Shown piece after piece: positions 25,618 through 36,916 of a stretch of 50,833 nucleotides of DNA. The notes beneath the pieces are model-generated. The model was given only the letters and a program-made list of their open reading frames with translations. It had not been told where the DNA came from and did not search any database. How positions within the stretch are numbered: the stretch's first letter is position 1; each line of letters opens with the position of its first letter. The position numbers and the translations under genes are program-made. The stretch is from the NCBI GenBank assembly GCA_020346705.1, contig CP070785.1:1498788-1549620 (forward strand). The letters are read 5' to 3'. The stretch is from Chloroflexota bacterium (GTDB lineage Bacteria; Chloroflexota; Anaerolineae; Anaerolineales; UBA4823).

Positions 25618-26937
25618 ATGGAAAACTATCAGGAAGAACTACAGCAAAAATTTCAGAACCGGTCTGCAAAGATCGCCATCCTGGGACTCGGTTATGTCGG
25701 GTTGCCGCTGGCAACCCTTTTTGCAGAATCCGGCTTTGAGGTCACAGGTGTCGAACCAAATCTCAGCAAGATCGAGACGCTCAACCGTGGTGAAAGCTAT
25801 GTTCAAGATGTCCCCAGCCACAAGGTTAAAGAATTAATTCAATCCGGTAAATTGAAACCAACCGGAGATTTTTCTGTGATCAAGGATGCAGATGCGGTCA
25901 GTATTTGCGTTCCGACTCCATTGAGGAAAACGGGAGATCCGGACCTGTCCTTCATCTTAGTTGCGACAGATGAGCTGGTGAAATACGTCCACCCCGGTAT
26001 GGTGATCGTGTTGGAATCCACGACCTATCCAGGAACAACTCGCGAAATTTTACTTCCGAAGCTGACTGAAAATAGCGGATTAGAAGTTGGGGAGGATTTC
26101 TTCCTGGCATTTTCGCCTGAAAGGGTTGATCCCGGACGTGAAGATTGGACAACATACAATACGCCAAAAGTGATCGGGGGTATCACCCCCGCATGTTCTG
26201 AAATTGCTTCGTTCTGGTACGAACAGGCGATACAGACCGTCGTACCGGTATCCTCAGCTGAAAGTGCAGAAATGGCAAAGCTGCTTGAAAATACTTTCCG
26301 CATGATCAATATTGGCCTGGTCAACGAGATGGCGATCATGTGTGATCGACTTGGGCTAGATGTGTGGGAAATTATTGATGCTGCTGCCACAAAGCCATTT
26401 GGATACATGAAATTCACTCCCGGTCCAGGACTGGGAGGGCATTGTATACCTATAGATCCTCTTTATCTTTCCTGGAAATTGAAAGCATTAAACTACACAG
26501 CGCGCTTCATAGACCTGGCATCCGAAATCAATACCGGCATGCCGCGTTACGTGGTCAGTAAAATTCAAGATGCACTCAACGAGCACCAGATGCCACTCAA
26601 AGGCAGCAAAATTCTGGTGATCGGCACTGCGTATAAACCTGATGTAGATGATGTCCGTGAATCACCCTCATTGGATATTATCGGATTGTTGCTTCAAAAA
26701 GGGGCTGAGGTGGATTACCATGATCCTTTCATCCCAACGATAGCTCACGATGACTGGATGTTGGAAAGCGTGGATGATATTGAAGAGGGTGTGAGCAAAG
26801 CGGATTGTGTTGTGATCGTTACGGATCATTCAACCTATAATTATGAGGATATCTTAAATAAGGCCACATTAGTCGTAGATACGCGCAACGCCCTTGGGAA
26901 TGTTGGTCGAGACGATCCACGAGTCGTACGTTTGTGA
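25618..26937 (+). CDS. Nucleotide-sugar 6-dehydrogenase (UDP-GlcNAc/ManNAc dehydrogenase-like, UDP-glucose/GDP-mannose dehydrogenase family)
   Basis: It has the NAD fold IAILGLGYVGLPLA and the catalytic Cys context GLGGHCIPIDP. The start is set at ATG 25618 with GAGGTG 5 nt upstream. The track start at 25576 would overlap the UDG gene. Confidence 0.85.
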   Translation: MENYQEELQQKFQNRSAKIAILGLGYVGLPLATLFAESGFEVTGVEPNLSKIETLNRGESYVQDVPSHKVKELIQSGKLKPTGDFSVIKDADAVSICVPTPLRKTGDPDLSFILVATDELVKYVHPGMVIVLESTTYPGTTREILLPKLTENSGLEVGEDFFLAFSPERVDPGREDWTTYNTPKVIGGITPACSEIASFWYEQAIQTVVPVSSAESAEMAKLLENTFRMINIGLVNEMAIMCDRLGLDVWEIIDAAATKPFGYMKFTPGPGLGGHCIPIDPLYLSWKLKALNYTARFIDLASEINTGMPRYVVSKIQDALNEHQMPLKGSKILVIGTAYKPDVDDVRESPSLDIIGLLLQKGAEVDYHDPFIPTIAHDDWMLESVDDIEEGVSKADCVVIVTDHSTYNYEDILNKATLVVDTRNALGNVGRDDPRVVRL

Positions 26938-26976
26938 AATTCTAATTATTATGACTTTTGAGGTTTAAATTCTTAA

Positions 26977-27969
26977 ATGGCGCGCTATTTTGTAACCGGT
27001 GTGGCTGGTTTCATTGCTGCCCGCGTCGCGGAGCTGTTATTAGAAAGTGGGCATGAAGTCATCGGAGTGGATGATCTCAACAATGCTTACGATGTCCGCA
27101 TGAAAGATTATCGCCTGGGTCGCTTGATTGATCGCGAGCGATTCAGGTTCACGAAGTTGAATATCTCTGATCAAGATGAACTGTCTTCTTTATTTGCAGG
27201 TGAATCTCGAGAAGGAAAAATTGAGGCGGTGATAAATCTCGCCGCCAGAGCAGGTGTCCGGCAGTCTGTTGAAGATCCCTGGATTTATTTGGAAACCAAC
27301 ATAACCGGAACACTAAATTTATTGGAGCTCTGCCGGAATTACGGGATTGAAAAATTTATTCTCGCCTCGACATCGAGTGTTTACGGTGCTAATGCTCCCC
27401 TTCCGACAAGCGAGGAAGCCAGAAGCGATCGCCCTCTCCAACCATACGCCGCCAGCAAGAAGGGTGCTGAAGTTTTGGCATACACCTATCATTACTTGTA
27501 TGGCATCGACGTAACCGTCTTCCGCTATTTCACTGTTTATGGTCCTGCAGCTCGTCCAGATATGATAATGTTTCGATTAGCGCAATGGATCCACGAGGGG
27601 AAGACGATCCAGCTTAATGGGGATGGAGAACAAACGCGTGGGTTTACTTACATAGATGACATCGCCAGGGGGACGATCCTTGGGCTTAAACCGTTAGATT
27701 ATCAAGTAATCAATCTAGGGGGATCTGAAACTATCAAGATCAATGATTTGATCAGGCTATTCGAAAAGAAGATCGGAAAACAGGCAGATGTTGTCCACCT
27801 CCCCCTCCATCCTGCAGACATGAAATCAAACAAAGCAGATGTGGATAAAGCAGAAGAACTTCTCGGATGGAAGCCGCAAGTTGAACTCAACGAAGGGGTC
27901 TCAAACCTGATTTCCTGGTATCAGGAGGAGCGAGATTGGGCGAGTAAGATCCAGACCGATAAGGGATGA
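26977..27969 (+). CDS. Extended SDR, UDP-glucuronate 4-epimerase-like
   Basis: It has VTGVAGFIAARV, VIGVDDLNNAYDV..K..RL, STSSVYG and YAASKKGAE (YxxxK), followed by FRYFTVYGP..RPDM. Confidence 0.8.
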   Translation: MARYFVTGVAGFIAARVAELLLESGHEVIGVDDLNNAYDVRMKDYRLGRLIDRERFRFTKLNISDQDELSSLFAGESREGKIEAVINLAARAGVRQSVEDPWIYLETNITGTLNLLELCRNYGIEKFILASTSSVYGANAPLPTSEEARSDRPLQPYAASKKGAEVLAYTYHYLYGIDVTVFRYFTVYGPAARPDMIMFRLAQWIHEGKTIQLNGDGEQTRGFTYIDDIARGTILGLKPLDYQVINLGGSETIKINDLIRLFEKKIGKQADVVHLPLHPADMKSNKADVDKAEELLGWKPQVELNEGVSNLISWYQEERDWASKIQTDKG

Positions 27970-27991
27970 GGTTTTATCCCGGTTAGCGTCC

Positions 27992-29350
27992 ATGCCTGAT
28001 TCATCGACCAGAAAAATTAGCGTCCTGTTCAACCGCCTTGTTGGGAATGAATTAATCCAGCGAGTTCTAAAAAATTCAGGATACCTTTTCAGCGCGACGG
28101 GTATTGCAGCAGCACTGAGCATGGTGCAGAGTATTCTTGTTGCCCGCCTATTAGGAGTGACTGATTTTGGGATTCTTGGGACGATAACTCTCTTTACCAG
28201 CGTGGTCAATAAATTCGCATCATTTCGAATGAGCGAATTAGTGATCAAGTATGTTGGGGAGTACACCGTGGAGGGGGATGAAACTCGCGCGGCTGCTGTA
28301 TTCAAGTCAGCCGGGATCCTTGAGACACTGACCTCGTTCTTTGCCTTTGGATTGATCTGGTTGTTGGCTCCCCTCGGTGCTCAATATCTCGCCAAGGATT
28401 CAGGAGCAACTTTCTGGTTTGTGCTATATGGATTGATCGTCCTGGCAAATTTCATGGCCGAGAGCTCTACCGGTTTGATCCAGATATTCGATCGCTTCAA
28501 GATCATCGCTGGAATAACAATTGGTCAAAGTATTCTCACATTAAGCCTGGTCGGGTTTGTTTTTATCAACCAGGGTGGATTATTCGAAATTGTTCTGGCT
28601 TATATGGGTGGAAAAATCGCTGGAGCGATAGCCTCTGCAACGGCAGCAGTTGTCCTGGCGACACAACAATGGGGTACGAGTTGGTGGCGTGTACCAGTTG
28701 GTTTGCTCAGAGATCGTACGAATGAAATCGTGCGCTTCGCTTTCAGCACAAATATTAGTGCTACCATAAACCTGGTAAATAAAGATGGTGAGCTGCTCTG
28801 GGTTTCTGCCCTGACCGGGCCGACTGGGGCGGGCTATTACAAACTTGCGTTGAGTCTGGCAAATTTAATCCAGCTGCCAGTAAGCCCACTACCGCAGGCT
28901 ACCTATCCAGAGTTGTCCCGGGAAGTGGCGGGAAAGAATTGGGATAATATGCGCTACGTTTTACGCCAGGGTTCCCTGATGGCTTTCGCTTATTCTGCAT
29001 TAGCTGGCTTGTTCTTGTTAATTTTCGGCAGACCTTTGATCGCTTTCCTATACACCCCAGAGTTTCTACCTTCGTTTCCAGCTTTAATAATCTTGATGGT
29101 TGGATTATTAGTGGCTAACACATTTTATTGGAATCGGATCTCCTTATTGTCCCTAGGTCTGGCAGATTATCCAGCTAAGATCAACTCGATCGCAGCATTG
29201 TTTAAGATAATTGGAATTCTCGCCATTGTACCGATTTACGGGTATCTGGGTAGTGCTGCTCTACTGTCAAGTTATTATATCTTTTCAGTCTCCTTGAATG
29301 TGCGCAAGACATTCCGAGAGTTAAAAAATCACCAGGAGCAGCCGGGATGA
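27992..29350 (+). CDS. wzx: Oligosaccharide flippase, MOP/Wzx family
   Basis: 452 aa with about 12-14 predicted TM helices. The N-terminal pattern (LIQRVLKNSGYLFSATGIAAALSMVQSILVARLLG) is typical of polysaccharide biosynthesis protein family members. Confidence 0.75.
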   Translation: MPDSSTRKISVLFNRLVGNELIQRVLKNSGYLFSATGIAAALSMVQSILVARLLGVTDFGILGTITLFTSVVNKFASFRMSELVIKYVGEYTVEGDETRAAAVFKSAGILETLTSFFAFGLIWLLAPLGAQYLAKDSGATFWFVLYGLIVLANFMAESSTGLIQIFDRFKIIAGITIGQSILTLSLVGFVFINQGGLFEIVLAYMGGKIAGAIASATAAVVLATQQWGTSWWRVPVGLLRDRTNEIVRFAFSTNISATINLVNKDGELLWVSALTGPTGAGYYKLALSLANLIQLPVSPLPQATYPELSREVAGKNWDNMRYVLRQGSLMAFAYSALAGLFLLIFGRPLIAFLYTPEFLPSFPALIILMVGLLVANTFYWNRISLLSLGLADYPAKINSIAALFKIIGILAIVPIYGYLGSAALLSSYYIFSVSLNVRKTFRELKNHQEQPG

Positions 29351-30528
29351 AATTAGCGATTTTCGCTCCGACGTCGATGCCATCCAGGAGAGCCAATACA
29401 TTGCAGGTGATGAAAATGAGTCAGGCTTTTGTAAAGCTAGGACATGATGTCCGTTTGGCAATCCCGGAAGGAGACCGCGAACTTGAAGTTGGAGATCGAA
29501 GTTGGGACTCACTCGCCCATCATTATGGCCTGTCTGTCCAGTTTCAGATTGAATGGCTGCCAGCTAATCCAGGTTTACGAAAATACGATTATGCCTGGCG
29601 TGCCGTTCGCTGGGCGCGAGGATGGGGAGCCGAGATTATTTATACACGCCTGCCACAAGCGGCTGCAATCTCTGCCTGGCAGCGAATAAACACAATCCTG
29701 GAAGTCCATGATTTCCCCCAAGGAAATTTCGGACCACTGATTTTGCGGATATTCTTAGAGGGAAGTGGAGCCAAGCGGTTGATCGTGATATCCAGTCCAT
29801 TAGCCGCTGATTTGCGAGATAGGTTCGGATCACACATACAGACCCCTTTCATGCTGATCAGTCCTGATGGGGTAGACCTTGAGCGATATGCAGATTTGCC
29901 TGAACCTGAGGAAAGCAGACGCAGGTTAATTGTTGAGGATAACCAACAGGATGATAAATTCAGTTCGCAATTCCTTCCTGAGCGATTTACCGTTGGATAT
30001 ACAGGTCACCTTTACCCAGGAAGAGGCGTCAAGCTGATCATTAAGATTGCAGGACAAATGCCCCAGGTGAATTTTTTAATTGCAGGTGGCGAGCCAAGTG
30101 ATGTCGCCAAAGTGGATGAAATGGCGAGAGAAAAGAATCTGGAGAACGTATTCCTGACGGGATTTGTACCAAATTCAGAATTGCCTCTGTACCAGTCTGC
30201 TTGTGATGTGCTCTTGATGCCCTACCAAAGACAAGTTTCTGCTTCATCTGGTGGTGATATCGCAAAATATCTCAGCCCAATGAAATTATTTGAGTATTTG
30301 GCATGCGGCAGGGCGATCTGCGCCAGCGATTTACCGGTATTCAGAGATGTACTCTCAGCTGAAAATGCTCTTCTATTACCTCCAGATGAAGTCAGCGCGT
30401 GGGTTCAAGCGATAAAGCAACTAATTGAAGTTCCTCGCATGCGAAAAGATTTAGCTCTGCGCGCAAAAGAGACTGCTGGGGAATATACCTGGGAAAAAAG
30501 GGCAAGTAAAATACTGGCTGGTGTCTAA
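29347..30528 (+). CDS. Glycosyltransferase, GT4 family (GT-B)
   Basis: The C-terminal domain reads GHLYPGRGV...FLIAGGEP...SPMKLFEYLACGRAICASDLP. Its ATGA start overlaps the wzx stop. Confidence 0.8.
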   Translation: MKLAIFAPTSMPSRRANTLQVMKMSQAFVKLGHDVRLAIPEGDRELEVGDRSWDSLAHHYGLSVQFQIEWLPANPGLRKYDYAWRAVRWARGWGAEIIYTRLPQAAAISAWQRINTILEVHDFPQGNFGPLILRIFLEGSGAKRLIVISSPLAADLRDRFGSHIQTPFMLISPDGVDLERYADLPEPEESRRRLIVEDNQQDDKFSSQFLPERFTVGYTGHLYPGRGVKLIIKIAGQMPQVNFLIAGGEPSDVAKVDEMAREKNLENVFLTGFVPNSELPLYQSACDVLLMPYQRQVSASSGGDIAKYLSPMKLFEYLACGRAICASDLPVFRDVLSAENALLLPPDEVSAWVQAIKQLIEVPRMRKDLALRAKETAGEYTWEKRASKILAGV

Positions 30529-30580
30529 ATACCAGTAGGGTTGTGAACTAGTTCCCCTTGGATTAGTTCACCAATAATAT

Positions 30581-32206
30581 ATGAATAACCAAAGCCAAAC
30601 AGAAAGCAGAGGAAATCAATATTGGCCGCTCATCACTGGTGGGCTGCTGATAATTGTTCTCTCAATGCTTATGGCCTGGATATCCAGTGGTTTTACTAGT
30701 GTACAGTATTGGGGGAATTATTTACTCATCAGCTTTGTATCTGGCGGGATGATGTATGGGGGTTGGTTGGCTATAAAAGCCGATAACTCACTAAATCCAC
30801 CTCGATGGTTAGCATGGCTGGTAATTGGGGCTGCAGTTCTACGCCTCACAGCAGGAGTGATCTGGTATACAGGATTACCGAGTTGGGGTTATGGATCCGA
30901 TGTAGAGATTGGGGGATATATCATGGCCGATGCGCATGTGAGGGATAAGGCTGCCTGGGAGTTGGCCCAATCGAATAACCAGCTAATATCAGCATTCGGT
31001 GTAAACCGGCAGGTAGATCAATATGGCGGGATGGTTTACCTAAGTGGATTAGTTTATCGATATTTGGGCGGTGAATACCATCAGCCGCTACAAATGATCG
31101 TAATCACTGCAGCTATATCTTCTATGGCAGTTCTATTTGGGTGGGCTTTCGTCAGCAGGTTATGGGGAAGCAGAGCTGCGAAAATTGCTGCCTGGATACT
31201 GGTGCTGTTCCCAGATGCGGTTATTCTGGGGAGTTCCCAGATGCGGGAAGCATTCTTGATGACGCTGATCGCATCTGCACTCTATGGATTGGTAAGGTAC
31301 GTGCAGGATAGAAGCAGGTTGGGTTTAGTATGGCTGGTTGCATCAATTCTGTTGATGCTGCCATTCTCATCGCCAATTGCGGGAGTTTTTCTACTGATGA
31401 TCATCATCCTTGCTTTATCGATGGATGGTTGGCAGCTTCTGCGTCAAACAAGATTTTGGCTCATATTAGCTGGGATCGCGCTCGTTGCTGGGATAGGTAT
31501 TTGGTTGGCGTGGGAACAAATCGCTCCAGAAGGGATCAATAATCCTGTGGCACTGGTGGTGTGGTGGTTCCAGGAGTCTGCACGCTGGCAGGCCTACTTT
31601 GTAAAACGTTCTTCTCAATTAATTCGTCGAATTATTAATACCACGCCAGATTGGGTCAATACTCCAATTTTGATCGGCTACGGTGTCCTGCAGCCATTTC
31701 TTCCAGGAGCGTTATTGGACCAAGGTTTCCCAATATGGAAGGGGATTGCAATCTGGCGATCAGTCGGCTGGACTTTGATGCTACCTTTCCTGCTGGCAGC
31801 ACCATTATTGCTTATAAGGTTACAGGAAAAGAGAAGACTCGTGACTGGATTGGCGATCGTAGTCTGGATGGGGATTTTGATCGCGGCTTTCAGAAGTGGC
31901 GGTGATCTTTGGGACAATCCCAGATACCGGGTAGTGTTTATCAGTCTCCAAGCAGGATTAGTAGCCTGGGTGTGGTATTCCCAAAGAGATAACAAAAATC
32001 CATGGCTGTGGCGAGTAATCTTAGGTCTGGCGATAATTCTGGCCTGGTTTATTCCATGGTACCTCCAACGAAACGATCTGATCATATGGCCATTCGACAA
32101 TGTATTTGAAACCCTGGGACTGGGATTGGTCAGTGTGATAATCCTATTTTTTGGCCTGTATTTGTGGGGGAGAAGGAAGAGGGGAAAACATTCTGAAAGT
32201 GAGTGA
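30581..32206 (+). CDS. Polytopic membrane protein (about 13 TM); candidate Wzy-type polymerase or GT-C-fold glycosyltransferase
   Basis: 541 aa and highly hydrophobic, with one larger extracytoplasmic loop (residues about 95-150). Its position next to wzx and GT4 fits either role. I recognised no diagnostic motif. Confidence 0.35.
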   Translation: MNNQSQTESRGNQYWPLITGGLLIIVLSMLMAWISSGFTSVQYWGNYLLISFVSGGMMYGGWLAIKADNSLNPPRWLAWLVIGAAVLRLTAGVIWYTGLPSWGYGSDVEIGGYIMADAHVRDKAAWELAQSNNQLISAFGVNRQVDQYGGMVYLSGLVYRYLGGEYHQPLQMIVITAAISSMAVLFGWAFVSRLWGSRAAKIAAWILVLFPDAVILGSSQMREAFLMTLIASALYGLVRYVQDRSRLGLVWLVASILLMLPFSSPIAGVFLLMIIILALSMDGWQLLRQTRFWLILAGIALVAGIGIWLAWEQIAPEGINNPVALVVWWFQESARWQAYFVKRSSQLIRRIINTTPDWVNTPILIGYGVLQPFLPGALLDQGFPIWKGIAIWRSVGWTLMLPFLLAAPLLLIRLQEKRRLVTGLAIVVWMGILIAAFRSGGDLWDNPRYRVVFISLQAGLVAWVWYSQRDNKNPWLWRVILGLAIILAWFIPWYLQRNDLIIWPFDNVFETLGLGLVSVIILFFGLYLWGRRKRGKHSESE

Positions 32207-32221
32207 GCTGGAAATTTAGGG

Positions 32222-32263
32222 TTGATTCTTATCAAAGAACGGTTATAATTCAGTCGCTGAATT
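32222..32263 (+). promoter_or_regulatory. Promoter (TTGATT-16-TATAAT) with an overlapping palindromic operator AATTCAG-tcg-CTGAATT, upstream of gmd
   Basis: The -35 element is at 32222-32227, the -10 at 32244-49 and the inverted repeat at 32247-32263. A near-identical copy lies at 33355-33396. Confidence 0.6.
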
Positions 32264-32267
32264 TTAG

Positions 32268-33251
<984 letters not shown>

Positions 33252-33354
33252 TCTGGATTTTCGATCGAAAGTCGATAGGGTTATTATTCAGCAATTCTAG
33301 AGAAAAGTAATTAATCTGGTGAATTATATTAACAAGAATGCAGGCCAGATGCCC

Positions 33355-33396
33355 TTGACCTAATCCGGTCTGGAGTTATAATTCAGCCACTGAATT
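33355..33396 (+). promoter_or_regulatory. Promoter (TTGACC-16-TATAAT) with an overlapping palindromic operator AATTCAG-cca-CTGAATT, upstream of the wHTH regulator
   Basis: The -35 element is at 33355-33360, the -10 at 33377-82 and the inverted repeat at 33380-33396. The block GTTATAATTCAGyCrCTGAATTTTrGA is shared with the gmd site. Confidence 0.6.
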
Positions 33397-33408
33397 TTGG
33401 AAATTTTT

Positions 33409-33921
33409 ATGGAAACATCCCCTGATCCGAATCGTGAAATGGTCCTGCTCGAAAAGATCGAGTACGACCCAGATATCACTCAAGCCTCACTCGCAGCGCA
33501 ATTGGGAGTTGCTGTTGGTACCGTCAACTGGCATCTAAAGCGTTTGGTCTCCAAAGGGTACGTGAAGGTAAAGCGTGCTCAAAGGCGAAAATTGCGCTAT
33601 ATCATTACCCCAGAAGGCATCGCCTTCCGAGCGCGCTTGACTGTAAATTATATTGATCAATCTATGCAGATGTACAGGTTGGTCCGTGAGCGCGTCCGTG
33701 AGGCGATCGTTGACTTGAAGCTGGCGGGGTACGACTCTGTACGTATCCAGGGTGATGGAGACATAGCCGATATTTGCCGGCTAACCTGTCTTGAGCAACG
33801 GATCACGATTAAAGAGTCACCAGAGGTACCATTAATAGAATTACAGAACTTGCAAGTAATTCTGCATCTCGACGATTCTCAAGATGAACAGCTCCCCATC
33901 AGGCATGGATTGGAAAAATAA
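33409..33921 (+). CDS. Winged-helix transcriptional regulator (MarR-like, EPS-locus associated) with an extra C-terminal domain
   Basis: The wHTH reads ITQASLAAQLGVAVGTVNWHLKRLVSKGYVKVKR...YIITPEG. The start is probably ATG 33409, since the upstream TTG at 33397 abuts the operator. The stop overlaps the next gene's start (TAATG). Confidence 0.7.
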   Translation: METSPDPNREMVLLEKIEYDPDITQASLAAQLGVAVGTVNWHLKRLVSKGYVKVKRAQRRKLRYIITPEGIAFRARLTVNYIDQSMQMYRLVRERVREAIVDLKLAGYDSVRIQGDGDIADICRLTCLEQRITIKESPEVPLIELQNLQVILHLDDSQDEQLPIRHGLEK

Positions 33922-34943
33922 TGCATAAGGTGGAAGAAGAAAAGCACGTATTAATTACCGGAGGAGCTGGATATCTGGGCTCGCTGGCTTGTAGCCACTT
34001 GCTGCAATTGGGGTATCGAGTGACTGTGGTAGACGACTTGCTCTATGGGGGTGAATCTCTACTGGCATATTTATCCCACCCTGAATTTAATTTTGTGAAG
34101 GCGAATGTTTGCGAAGCGCGTACAATCCGGTCCGCGATCGATCAATACTTGCCGGTACCGGTGGCAATTATGCATCTAGCAGGAATTGTTGGCTTCCCAG
34201 CCTGCCAAGCGGTCGGGAGACATGTTGCCTGGCAATACAATGTTGAAGCAGCGCAAAGGGCATTCGAACAGGCGGAGGAATTGGGTGTTGAGCGGTTTAT
34301 TTTCGCATCCACTTATAGCAATTACGGCACTTCAAGTCAGGATGACCTCGCAACAGAGGAATCTTCTGTCAATCCGCAATCTCTCTACGCAGAAACAATG
34401 GTCGCGGTAGAAAAATTTTTGCAGGCACAGGCTGGTTCAAATTGCGCACCATTGATATTTCGAATGGCTCACTTATACGGACTCTCGCCCAGACCCCGGT
34501 TTGATCTACTTGTAAACCAGTTCATCCTGGAAGCTTATACCCAACGTGATCTGCTGATATACCAACGGGGATACTCGAGGTCATTCATGCATGTGCGTGA
34601 TGCGGTGAGAGGCTTGATCCTCGGTCTGCAAAGTGAAATCGAAAATGTTCGGGGTCAGATTTACAACCTGGGTTCAGAAAATGGCAATCTGTCAAAAGAC
34701 AAGATCGTTGAGGTTATACTGAGACGATTACCAGAAACGACAGTACGTTACAAGGACTTGACATTTGGGGGAGATATGAGGGATTTCCATATTTCATACG
34801 AGAAAGTTCGAGATAAATTAGGTTTTGATACTCAATTCACGGTTGAAGATGGTGTGAGAGAAGTGCTAAATGCTTTGCGTTCTGGGTTAATTGATAATCC
34901 TAAAGACCAAAAGTACCGTAATGCGAAATTTATTGTGTCATGA
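33921..34943 (+). CDS. Extended SDR (NAD-dependent epimerase/dehydratase family) with a non-canonical YxxxM active-site motif
   Basis: It has ITGGAGYLGS, VVDDL and FIFASTYSNYG. The expected YxxxK reads YAETM (nt 34386-34400). Confidence 0.75.
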   Translation: MHKVEEEKHVLITGGAGYLGSLACSHLLQLGYRVTVVDDLLYGGESLLAYLSHPEFNFVKANVCEARTIRSAIDQYLPVPVAIMHLAGIVGFPACQAVGRHVAWQYNVEAAQRAFEQAEELGVERFIFASTYSNYGTSSQDDLATEESSVNPQSLYAETMVAVEKFLQAQAGSNCAPLIFRMAHLYGLSPRPRFDLLVNQFILEAYTQRDLLIYQRGYSRSFMHVRDAVRGLILGLQSEIENVRGQIYNLGSENGNLSKDKIVEVILRRLPETTVRYKDLTFGGDMRDFHISYEKVRDKLGFDTQFTVEDGVREVLNALRSGLIDNPKDQKYRNAKFIVS

Positions 34944-34949
34944 GAATAG

Positions 34950-35951
<1,002 letters not shown>

Positions 35952-36002
35952 TGTGTATGTATTTGAGATTGATCGAACAAGAAGAAGGCGTAAACAGCAT
36001 AC

Positions 36003-36854
36003 ATGATTGAATCATCAGCCATCACGAAACAAGAAGAGGAAATAACCCTCATCAAACCTTCCAAGGGATGGGGTTCCCTTAATCTGCGCGAGCTTTGGAT
36101 TTATCGGGAGCTGGTTTATTTTCTCACCTGGCGAGATCTCAAGGTGCGCTATAAACAGACCGCCCTGGGCGCAGGATGGGCGATATTGCAGCCCGTGCTT
36201 TCAATGGTGGTGTTTTCAATATTCTTTGGGGGTCTTCTCAATGTCGATTCAGGAGATGTTCCTTACCCGATCTTTTCTTACGCAGCTATCTTGCCCTGGG
36301 GGGTATTTGCAAAAGCACTGAATGACACCGGGCGTTCTCTGGTCTCAAATCGGGCAATGCTGACGAAAATTTATTTCCCCCGGATGGTAATTCCTTTAGC
36401 ATCTGTTTTCTCAAGTCTGGCGGATTTTCTGATCGCTTTCGTGGTCATGCTGGGTTTGATGTATTACTACCAAATCGCACCAACTTCGAATATCTGGACA
36501 TTGCCTTTATTTTTACTCCTGGCTGTGATAACCGCTCTAGGGGTTGGCTTATGGCTCTCTGCCATGAATGTCCTCTATCGAGATATCGGCTATATGATCC
36601 CATATATCACCCAATTATGGTTTTATCTCACACCTATCGTCTATTCAGCCAGTGAGGTACCAGAAGAGTGGCAGTTCTTTTATGCCTTGAATCCGATGGT
36701 GGGTGTAGTGGAGGGTTTTCGCTGGGCATTATTAGGTACCGCAGATGCACCAAGCCCAATGATTGGAGTTTCAGCAGTTATCGCATTAATTGTATTTATT
36801 AGCGGGATGTTTTATTTTCGAAGGATGGAACGTACTTTTGCAGATATGGTTTGA
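36003..36854 (+). CDS. wzm: ABC-2 type polysaccharide export permease
   Basis: 283 aa with six TM segments. The N-terminal motif is RELVYFLTWRDLKVRYKQTALGAGWAILQP. Confidence 0.85.
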   Translation: MIESSAITKQEEEITLIKPSKGWGSLNLRELWIYRELVYFLTWRDLKVRYKQTALGAGWAILQPVLSMVVFSIFFGGLLNVDSGDVPYPIFSYAAILPWGVFAKALNDTGRSLVSNRAMLTKIYFPRMVIPLASVFSSLADFLIAFVVMLGLMYYYQIAPTSNIWTLPLFLLLAVITALGVGLWLSAMNVLYRDIGYMIPYITQLWFYLTPIVYSASEVPEEWQFFYALNPMVGVVEGFRWALLGTADAPSPMIGVSAVIALIVFISGMFYFRRMERTFADMV

Positions 36855-36916
36855 TAACGACTTAATATGGATTAATAGGGCAGACAATACAGCCCCTTTC
36901 TATTTTAAAAATCATT

